Source: Ilumatobacteraceae bacterium
GTDB lineage: Bacteria; Actinomycetota; Acidimicrobiia; Acidimicrobiales; Ilumatobacteraceae
Assembly (NCBI GenBank): GCA_040402015.1
Contig: JBBANI010000002.1
Coordinates: 46,456 to 110,455 of the forward strand
DNA: 64,000 nucleotides
Direction: 5' to 3'
Numbering within the stretch: the first letter of the stretch is position 1; each line of letters begins with the position of its first letter. The notes beneath the pieces are model-generated. The model was not told the origin of the DNA, did no database searches, and saw only the letters and a program-made list of their open reading frames with translations. A program made the position numbers and the translations under genes. Below, in pieces: positions 57,228-64,000 of the stretch.

Positions 57228-58376
57228 TCACAGAGGATTCACCACGAACGGTGGCATTGGGCGATTTTCTCGCCGATTTGAGAGGTAAAGATTTGCCACC
57301 TCGAGGGCTTCCTTGATGGTGACATCCATGTCGAGATACCGGTAGGTGCCGAGGCGTCCGACAAATGTCACACCAGTCGCCTGATTCGCCGCTTCGATGT
57401 ATTGCATCAACTGCTCTTTTTCCTTCACTTGGCGAATGGGGTAATACGCAATGTCCCCATCTTCTGCGAGGCGACTGTATTCGGTATAAATAGTGCTGCC
57501 TTCATGGGTTTCCCACGGTGCGAAATGTTTGTGTTCAGTAATACGTGTGTAGGGCACATCAACGTCGCAATAGTTCATAACAGGACATCCCTGCACGTCA
57601 CCGACTTCTTCTGTCTCAACAAAATCAAGCGTGCGGTATCCGAGTTTTCCAAACTTGCTAGAAAAAAATCCATCAATGGGGCCAGACCAAAATACGTGTT
57701 CAGCATCGGCGAGTTCTTGCGGCGCAACTGTGCGACCAAGAGTGACTTCAATAAGTGGGTGATCAAGAATTGCTTCCACGATTGGCGTGTAACCATCACG
57801 AGGAATCGCTTGGTACGGGTGATTGAAATAGCTGTCCTCGTAGGAAAATCTCACAGGTAACCGAGCCAAAATTGATGCCGGTAATTCTGTTGGAGAAACT
57901 CCCCACTGCTTTTGTGTGTATCCCTTAAAGAAGGCTTCATACAGATCTCTGCCCACGAATTTCAGGGCCTGGTCTTCAAAACTGACAGGCGTTCCAATAC
58001 TGGAATCGGCACGTTCGGTGATGAACTGCTCAGCTTCAGCAGGCGACATAGTGGTGTTAAAAAATTGGTTAATGGTGTGCAGGTTCACCGGCAATGAATA
58101 CACATGGCCACCAGACGTTGCCTTCACGCGGTGGTTGTACGGCACCATGTCGCCGTACTTGTTGATGTAGTCCCACACATGTTTGTCACCTGTATGAAAA
58201 ATATGGGGCCCATACACATGCACCATGACGCCATTGGTGCGACGTTCGGTATGAGCATTTCCGGCAACATGCGAGCGCCCGTCGACAACCCATGTAGCGA
58301 TGCCCGCCTCTGCTAATTCACGTGCAATAACAGCACCGGAAAATCCGGCACCGACAATAACGATGCGTGCTGTCAT
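57228..58376 (-). CDS. glf: UDP-galactopyranose mutase
   Basis: 382 aa. IVGAGFSGAVIA FAD fold. Typical Glf blocks HVYGPHIFHT, YTQKQWG, NYCD..PYTRITEHKHF and FVGRLGTYRYLDMD. Confidence 0.9.
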   Translation of the reverse strand: MTARIVIVGAGFSGAVIARELAEAGIATWVVDGRSHVAGNAHTERRTNGVMVHVYGPHIFHTGDKHVWDYINKYGDMVPYNHRVKATSGGHVYSLPVNLHTINQFFNTTMSPAEAEQFITERADSSIGTPVSFEDQALKFVGRDLYEAFFKGYTQKQWGVSPTELPASILARLPVRFSYEDSYFNHPYQAIPRDGYTPIVEAILDHPLIEVTLGRTVAPQELADAEHVFWSGPIDGFFSSKFGKLGYRTLDFVETEEVGDVQGCPVMNYCDVDVPYTRITEHKHFAPWETHEGSTIYTEYSRLAEDGDIAYYPIRQVKEKEQLMQYIEAANQATGVTFVGRLGTYRYLDMDVTIKEALEVANLYLSNRRENRPMPPFVVNPL

Positions 58377-58386
58377 TTAGTAAACG

Positions 58387-59553
58387 CTAGTGGCTAAGCC
58401 AGGGCGCACACAGACCATCAAGGTCGCGCACTTCAATTCGATCACGATTTTCCCAAACAACTTGGTTCTGTGGGTCAGCACGAAGCTTGAAAACATGAAA
58501 CGACATCTCGGTGGTATCGATAGTGAGAATGCGACCAATAAGGGAATCGCCAAGATCAAGAAGAACCTTGATGGTTTCCAGCGCCTGAATAGAACCAATG
58601 ATTCCTGGCAACACGCCAAGAACTCCAGCTTCAGCGCATGAGGGCGCGAATTCTGCCGGAGGTGGTTCGGGAACCATGTCGCGATATGTGGGCCCACGCA
58701 ATGGGTGGAACACCGACACCATTCCCTCGAAACGAAAGATACTTCCGTGAACTACAGGAATTCCAAGTTTCACGCTGGCATCATTTAACAAATAGCGGCT
58801 AGGGAAATTGTCCGCACCATCGACCACGATGTCGTATTCACTCATGATTTCCATAATGTTCTCTGCAGACAAACGCACGTCATAGGTCTTGACAGTGACA
58901 TCAGGGTTCAACTTTTCAATTGTCTGACGCGCTGAATCAACTTTGCGTTGGCCAATGCGATCCATGTTGTGCAAAATCTGTCGCTGCAGGTTCGATGCAT
59001 CAACATCGTCCATATCAACAATGCCGAGCGTGCCAATTCCGGCTGCTGCCAAATACAACGCGGCAGGCGACCCAAGACCACCAGCGCCAAGCATCAGTAC
59101 TTTTGCACCCAACAATTTTGCCTGGCCTTCAATGCCCACTTCGGGCAACAACAAATGGCGTTGGTAGCGGTTGCGTTGGTCAGCAGTCAACGTGACTGGC
59201 TGACGCCATGTACGACCTTCGTCTTTCCATTTGCCAAAACCACCGGCCATCGACAACACATCGCTGTACCCAAGTTCCTGCAAAGTTCGAGCAGCAAAGG
59301 CGCTACGTACACCCCCTGCGCAGTACACAACAATTGTCTGATCACGATCAAGAGCCCGTGCTTCGATTTGGGCTTCAAGATGTCCGCGAGGAATGTGAAC
59401 AGCGTCAGCTAGCGCACCTTCGTCGTATTCATCTGGTTCACGAACGTCAAGGACAAACACATTGCCAGCTTCAATACGTGCCTCGGCAGTTGCTGTATCT
59501 ATTTCGACTATTTGGGATTTGGCGTTAGCCAAGAGGTCACGAAAGGTTGCCAT
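58387..59553 (-). CDS. rhodanese + ThiF/MoeB-type adenylyltransferase (MoeZ-like, with domain order reversed)
   Basis: The N-terminal 120 aa form a rhodanese domain with active-site loop YCAGGVRS. Then follows the E1-like domain (RYQRHLLLPEVG..VLMLGAGGLGSPAALYLAAAGIG..DASNLQRQILH..PSCAEAGVLG). Confidence 0.85.
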   Translation of the reverse strand: MATFRDLLANAKSQIVEIDTATAEARIEAGNVFVLDVREPDEYDEGALADAVHIPRGHLEAQIEARALDRDQTIVVYCAGGVRSAFAARTLQELGYSDVLSMAGGFGKWKDEGRTWRQPVTLTADQRNRYQRHLLLPEVGIEGQAKLLGAKVLMLGAGGLGSPAALYLAAAGIGTLGIVDMDDVDASNLQRQILHNMDRIGQRKVDSARQTIEKLNPDVTVKTYDVRLSAENIMEIMSEYDIVVDGADNFPSRYLLNDASVKLGIPVVHGSIFRFEGMVSVFHPLRGPTYRDMVPEPPPAEFAPSCAEAGVLGVLPGIIGSIQALETIKVLLDLGDSLIGRILTIDTTEMSFHVFKLRADPQNQVVWENRDRIEVRDLDGLCAPWLSH

Positions 59554-59571
59554 GACCCAAAACCCTACCGA

Positions 59572-60357
59572 CTAAGTCAGGAATCCAGCACTGGCGACCA
59601 GAGCCTGCAAAATGGGGCTAATACTGCCACGCAAGAGCACGTGTGCATAGCCGTCCATCTGGGTGGAGTCACCGTTCACGATGACAACCTTGGCGCCGCT
59701 TGCCTTTGCGCGCGGGACCACCTGGTTCGCCGGACCAACGGCCAAGGTAGAACCCACCGCGAGCAGCACATCGCACCGACCTGCTTCATCAAAAGCTCTG
59801 TCAATCACCTCAGGCACGAGAGCTTGTTCAAACAAAATAGCGTCGCTCTTTACTACCCCGCCACATAGTTCGCAATGCGGGTCTTCTTCGCCGGCAATCA
59901 CGCGATCGATGAAATACTTCATAGGTCTGCGTTCATTGCATTCCCAGCACCGTGCGAATTTTATTGTGCCGTGCACTTCCACAACGTTGAGCGGCTCAAT
60001 TCCCGAGTCTTGATGCAATCCATCAACATTCTGCGTAATGACCGCTGAGAGTTTCCCAGCGTGTTGCATATGAACGAGTGCGCGGTGACCATCGTTTGGT
60101 TTAGCAGTGCCATTGAAGTTCCGCACACGGCCCTCCCATGCAACCTTGCGCACTTCAGGATCATTTAGGTAGTAACTCAGCGTAGAAGTCTTTTCGGCCA
60201 ATGGATTCCGTATCCACAGGCCGTTAGGACCGCGAAAATCAGGGATTCCTGAATCAGTAGAGATACCAGCTCCGGTAAACACCACAATTCGTTTCGCTTC
60301 CTTCAGCCATTGCGAAACCAGCTCTAGGTCCGCTGTAGAAATTTGTTCGTCATTCAC
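59572..60357 (-). CDS. NAD-dependent protein deacylase (sirtuin, CobB/Sir2 family)
   Basis: GAGISTDSGIPDFRG, TQNVDGLH, catalytic EVHGT, and Zn ribbon CWEC..x..CELCGG. The start is GTG 60357 or TTG 60399. Confidence 0.85.
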   Translation of the reverse strand: MNDEQISTADLELVSQWLKEAKRIVVFTGAGISTDSGIPDFRGPNGLWIRNPLAEKTSTLSYYLNDPEVRKVAWEGRVRNFNGTAKPNDGHRALVHMQHAGKLSAVITQNVDGLHQDSGIEPLNVVEVHGTIKFARCWECNERRPMKYFIDRVIAGEEDPHCELCGGVVKSDAILFEQALVPEVIDRAFDEAGRCDVLLAVGSTLAVGPANQVVPRAKASGAKVVIVNGDSTQMDGYAHVLLRGSISPILQALVASAGFLT

Positions 60358-60416
60358 TGTCCATATTCTGCCTGATGCGCACACATAGAGAAGTACCAAG
60401 ACGAATTCGAGGAACT

Positions 60417-60851
60417 ATGAAACCATCAACACTGAACACAAACGGTCAACTCGAGATTCGCCCGTGGCATGACCCCATCATCGAGGCGAACGGCTTTGCA
60501 ATTGGCGATCCGTACATTGAGATGTTCTGGCTCCCCGTCCTTGGACCAACAGCGACTTGGCTATTACGTCGTCTCGCGACGGGTCTTGAGCATGAACCCC
60601 AGGGCTACTCCACTGATATGAACGAGTTAGCACGGTGCATCGGGGTTGCTTGCACGGAAGGTCGCCACAACCCATTTACTCGGGCCATGCAACGGTGCAT
60701 CATGTTCGGGGTTAGCCACCAAGTTCCTTCTGCACTGAATAATGCAATTGCTGTGCGCATTGTCTTGCCCCCAATTTCACAGCGCCATCTCATTCGACTA
60801 CCGGAACAACTTCAAAACCTTCATCACAACTGGTCTGCTATCACCGCATAG
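60417..60851 (+). CDS. conserved actinobacterial hypothetical protein
   Basis: 144 aa with GAGGA upstream of the ATG at 60417. The motif FWLPVLGPTATWLLRRLA recalls a widespread actinobacterial family that I cannot name. Confidence 0.55.
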   Translation: MKPSTLNTNGQLEIRPWHDPIIEANGFAIGDPYIEMFWLPVLGPTATWLLRRLATGLEHEPQGYSTDMNELARCIGVACTEGRHNPFTRAMQRCIMFGVSHQVPSALNNAIAVRIVLPPISQRHLIRLPEQLQNLHHNWSAITA

Positions 60852-60861
60852 AGTGGCGAAC

Positions 60862-61584
60862 ATGTCAACTGTCGTGCGACTACGAATTGGTGCGATAGTT
60901 CTCTCACTTGTCGCCGCGTTATCTTCACCGACAACGGCGCATGCAACCCGCAAAACAAGCAATGTTGTAATCGTCGGCGATTCTGTAGCCAATGTCCTTC
61001 GGTGGGCACCAGGATCAATGAAGCCGCTATGGAGTAGTCAATACAACGCCCTGCTCGAAACGTGGGGATGTCAACAACTCATTGATAAGGGGTGTAGTCA
61101 ATCGTCAGACCTCAGTTCATTACAAAGAATTATTAATCACCGCCGTGACAATATTGAGGTGTACATCGTCGCAACGGGCTACAACGATACGGGCCCTGCC
61201 TACTTGGCGAAAGCCATTGATGCAATCAATAAAGAAGTAAAAAAACAGGATGCTTCGCTTATCTGGCTCACCTACCAAGAAAATGCAAACGTGAAAATAA
61301 AAAGTCGTTCCTTCAATGCCATCCTTCGCACCAAACAAAGCAAAAACAAAATGGAAATTCTCGATTGGGACAAAATTTCTCGCAAGAATAAAAACTGGTT
61401 CTCTGGCGATTCAGTGCATATGAACCAGTTTGGTGGATTGCAGTTGGCACGGCACATAAAGAAAGCGCTCGACGCCCATTACGGTCGGGGCGCTTCCAGC
61501 ACAACTTCCACGACAACGACCACAACCGTCCCGACAACCTCGACAACTACAGACCCAACTACAACCACCACAGTTGCTGGGTAA
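60862..61584 (+). CDS. secreted SGNH/GDSL-family hydrolase with Thr-rich C-terminal tail
   Basis: Signal peptide ..LSSPTTAHA. Block I VGDSVA, block III GYNDTG, block V GDSVHMN. The tail is SSTTSTTTTTTVPTTSTTTDPTTTTTVAG. Confidence 0.75.
   Translation: MSTVVRLRIGAIVLSLVAALSSPTTAHATRKTSNVVIVGDSVANVLRWAPGSMKPLWSSQYNALLETWGCQQLIDKGCSQSSDLSSLQRIINHRRDNIEVYIVATGYNDTGPAYLAKAIDAINKEVKKQDASLIWLTYQENANVKIKSRSFNAILRTKQSKNKMEILDWDKISRKNKNWFSGDSVHMNQFGGLQLARHIKKALDAHYGRGASSTTSTTTTTTVPTTSTTTDPTTTTTVAG
61486..61581 (+). repeat. Thr-rich low-complexity tract at the protein C-terminus
   Basis: Read directly from the translation of 60862-61584. Confidence 0.9.
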
Positions 61585-61596
61585 TAGATTAAGTGC

Positions 61597-62526
61597 GTGA
61601 AACTACGCATCTTTACCGAACCACAACAAGGCGCTAGCTACGCCCAACTTCTCGCAGTCGCACAACGTGCTGAACGCCTCGACTTTGATGCATTCTTTCG
61701 CAGCGATCACTACCAGGTGATGGGTGATCATTTTTCGGGCCTGCCCGGCCCATCTGATGCATGGATCACTCTTGCTGGCATCGCTCGTGAGACGTCCACT
61801 ATTCGTCTCGGCACTTTGGTGAACTCCGCTACATTTCGCAATCCAGGAGTACTAGCTATCAGTGTTGCCAACGTGGACGACATGTCGAACGGCCGAGTCG
61901 AACTTGGTCTTGGCGCGGGCTGGTATGGCATTGAGCATTCGTCATACGGCATTCCCTTTGCACCACTTGGCGAGCGCTTCGACATCTTGTCTGAGCAACT
62001 TGCTGTAATAACCGGATTATGGAATACGCCCCATGGTGGGCAATTCAATTACTCGGGCAAGCACTACACAATCACAAATTCACCAGCTCTGCCAAAGCCA
62101 GTGCAGTCTCCCCCGCCCATCATTGTTGGCGGTGGTGGACCAAAGCGCACACCCATGTTGGCAGCACGTTATGCAGCAGAGTTCAACATTCCATTTTCTG
62201 GTATCAACCGATTCACAGAACAGTGCGAACGAGTACGCGCTGCATGTACTTCTATTGGTCGCGACCCACAAAGCTTGGCGTATTCGTCTGCATTGGTTGT
62301 CTGCGTCGGAAAGAATGACGCAGACATTGCTCGTCGGGCAGCAGCTATTGGACGCGAGGTAGAAGAACTCCGTCGCAATGGCTTATGCGGTACACCCGCT
62401 GAAGCCATAGAACGACTACAACAATGGAATACTGCTGGTGCACAACGTATGTATGTGCAGTTTCTTGACCTCAGTGATCTTGAGCACTTAGACCTTGTCG
62501 CTGAACAGGTAATGCCCTTCGTCTGA
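61597..62526 (+). CDS. LLM-class F420-dependent oxidoreductase
   Basis: 309 aa with a GTG start. MKLRIFTEPQQGASY.. and GLGAGW are typical of the TIGR03560-like LLM group. Confidence 0.8.
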   Translation: MKLRIFTEPQQGASYAQLLAVAQRAERLDFDAFFRSDHYQVMGDHFSGLPGPSDAWITLAGIARETSTIRLGTLVNSATFRNPGVLAISVANVDDMSNGRVELGLGAGWYGIEHSSYGIPFAPLGERFDILSEQLAVITGLWNTPHGGQFNYSGKHYTITNSPALPKPVQSPPPIIVGGGGPKRTPMLAARYAAEFNIPFSGINRFTEQCERVRAACTSIGRDPQSLAYSSALVVCVGKNDADIARRAAAIGREVEELRRNGLCGTPAEAIERLQQWNTAGAQRMYVQFLDLSDLEHLDLVAEQVMPFV

Positions 62527-62530
62527 ACAA

Positions 62531-63889
62531 TTACGAAAACAATGCTTCGGGAATCATTCCGCGATGTGCAGCAAGTAATTCATCAACCAGTGCCCATATT
62601 TGGTCCAAGTCAAGCTCTGCAGCCGTGTGCGGATCAAACATTGCAGCGTGGTACACATGCTCGCGCTTCCCAGTTAATGCTGCTTCCACCGTAAGAGACT
62701 GAACATTAATATTTGTTTGCATCAGTGCCGCAAGATGTGGAGGCAATGCCCCAATATGTGTAGGTGTAATTCCTGATGCATCAACGACACACGGCACTTC
62801 CACACAACAATCATCGGGAAGATTGCTAATAATGCCCCTGTTTGGCACATTGCCATACACGACTCGAGATTGACCAGTTTCCATACTGTGAATAATGCCG
62901 CTGCCGTATTCCATACTTTGCACAACACGCACGCGTGCGTCCGGATTCTCTAATCGAGTACGCAATGTCTCCCACCCTTCAATTTGGCGCTCACATCGGC
63001 GTGGGTATTCATCAAGAGGAATTCCGAACTTGTCTAACAAGTCAGAACGACCACTCTTAATAAACCATGGCACGTACTCACTGAAGTGTTCACTCGATTC
63101 AGTCACGAAATACCCAAGCCGCTTAAACATTTCGTACCGCACCGCATCTGATAAACCGTCAAAACCACCATCGCTGCGCTCAACATCACCGCGAGTAGGC
63201 ATCGGAAAGATTTCTGCCCGCTCAGCAATACGCGGATACAGATCAACTAATTCATTTCCTAGGCGCTGCTGAAAATCCAAATAGAAGGCCATGTGATTAA
63301 TGCCGGCACATCTGAACTCAACCGTGTTTGCGTCAATGCCTAAATCTTCAGCCAACTGATGCACTGTGTGTTGCACACTGTGGCACAAACCAATTGTCTT
63401 AATGCTGGAAGAACGAGAAATTGCCCAACACAACATGCTCATCGGATTCACGTAATTTAATAACAATGCATCTGGACACAACTCTTCCATGTCGCGACAA
63501 ATGTCAAGGATTACGGGAATAGTGCGAAGGCCTCGCATAATTCCGCCCACCCCTAATGTGTCAGCGATCGTTTGCTCGAGCCCGTATTTCTTAGGAATCT
63601 CAAAATCAATCACAGTTGATGGCTTGTACCCACCAACTTGAAACATAGTGATGACATAGTTTGCACCAGCCAGAGCAGCCCGTCGATCAGTAGTTGCTTC
63701 GATCGTCGCTGACACACCAAGGGTTTCAATAATCTTGTGCCCAACAATCTCAGAAGTACGAAGTCGTTCTTCATTAATGTCATGCAACACGATGGTGCTT
63801 GATGACAGTTCTGGGAAACTAAGAATGTCCCCCATGAGATTACGCGCAAATACTGTGCTTCCAGCGCCTATGAATACGATGCGTGCCAT
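62531..63889 (-). CDS. glycoside hydrolase family 4 (NAD+/Mn2+-dependent alpha-glucosidase/alpha-galactosidase)
   Basis: 452 aa with the N-terminal Rossmann motif RIVFIGAGSTVF, NYVNPM, and GLCHSV (Cys-His metal site). Confidence 0.85.
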   Translation of the reverse strand: MARIVFIGAGSTVFARNLMGDILSFPELSSSTIVLHDINEERLRTSEIVGHKIIETLGVSATIEATTDRRAALAGANYVITMFQVGGYKPSTVIDFEIPKKYGLEQTIADTLGVGGIMRGLRTIPVILDICRDMEELCPDALLLNYVNPMSMLCWAISRSSSIKTIGLCHSVQHTVHQLAEDLGIDANTVEFRCAGINHMAFYLDFQQRLGNELVDLYPRIAERAEIFPMPTRGDVERSDGGFDGLSDAVRYEMFKRLGYFVTESSEHFSEYVPWFIKSGRSDLLDKFGIPLDEYPRRCERQIEGWETLRTRLENPDARVRVVQSMEYGSGIIHSMETGQSRVVYGNVPNRGIISNLPDDCCVEVPCVVDASGITPTHIGALPPHLAALMQTNINVQSLTVEAALTGKREHVYHAAMFDPHTAAELDLDQIWALVDELLAAHRGMIPEALFS

Positions 63890-63917
63890 TTCCCCATGGT
63901 AGGCGCCGCGCCATTAT

Positions 63918-64000
63918 CTACAAGACATTTGTGGCAAGAAGAAGTACTGATGTGGCCCCAATTGCCAAGCGATACCAACCAAAAATCCGCAACGAATGAG
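63918..64000 (-). CDS. C-terminal end of a membrane protein, possibly undecaprenyl-diphosphatase (UppP); partial at the right edge
   Basis: My own translation of the minus strand reads ..HSLRIFGWYRLAIGATSVLLLATNVL-stop (TAG at 63918-63920). It resembles the ..RHS...F..YRI.LG.. C-terminus of UppP. Only 27 codons are visible. Confidence 0.35.
   Translation of the reverse strand, partial: HSLRIFGWYRLAIGATSVLLLATNVL

Noticed and set aside
58387-60399. SIR2 next to an E1-like (ThiF) protein as a possible NAD-depleting or ubiquitin-like anti-phage system
   Set aside because: The SIR2 protein is a short canonical sirtuin with an intact Zn ribbon and the GAGIS/QNVDGLH/HG motifs. The E1-like protein carries a rhodanese domain typical of sulfur-carrier activation. 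No E2, DUB/JAMM, Ubl, HerA or TIR partners are present, so both look like housekeeping genes.

Overview
This is a gene-dense chromosomal segment with about 60 CDS and almost no non-coding DNA. Many adjacent genes share ATGA/GTGA/TAATG start-stop overlaps, and several convergent gene pairs overlap at their 3' ends. I infer an actinobacterium of moderate GC, possibly a streamlined aquatic lineage. The inference rests on mycothiol genes (mca, a DinB/MDMPI-type protein), three F420-type LLM oxidoreductases, AccA3-type acyl-CoA carboxylase next to birA, WS/DGAT, an LCP ligase and glf-glfT2. Content from left to right: sulfate assimilation (cysD partial, cysH); lipid/acyl-CoA metabolism (split MFE-2-like SDR+MaoC, P450, two ACADs, SDRs, thiolase, crotonase, a methylmalonyl-CoA-mutase catalytic subunit, and a PAP2-WS/DGAT neutral-lipid module); a metal ABC importer; housekeeping genes (lysS, dapD, birA, accA, an lpdA-like flavoprotein, nudC, a sirtuin, a MoeZ-like E1); a PAS-GGDEF-EAL protein; and a set of cell-envelope genes. 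The envelope set comprises LCP, an M15 peptidase, an acyltransferase-3::beta-lactamase-fold fusion coupled to a GT-C-like membrane protein, a SpoIID-SGNH-PG-binding protein, glf-glfT2, a secreted SGNH esterase and a 1010-aa RCC1/FN3-like exoprotein. I recognised no rRNA, tRNA, CRISPR array, transposase, integrase or phage gene. The most novel-looking items are: the AT3::PBP-fold fusion module (43915-47726); the SpoIID-SGNH fusion (53065-55479); the RCC1 plus 4x100-aa-repeat exoprotein (23327-26359); homopolymeric-Thr tracts on three exported proteins; a rhodanese-first (permuted) MoeZ-like enzyme; and a PAS domain that extends upstream of any canonical start codon (32416-32628). All functional calls come from reading motifs in the supplied translations. 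No database search was run.
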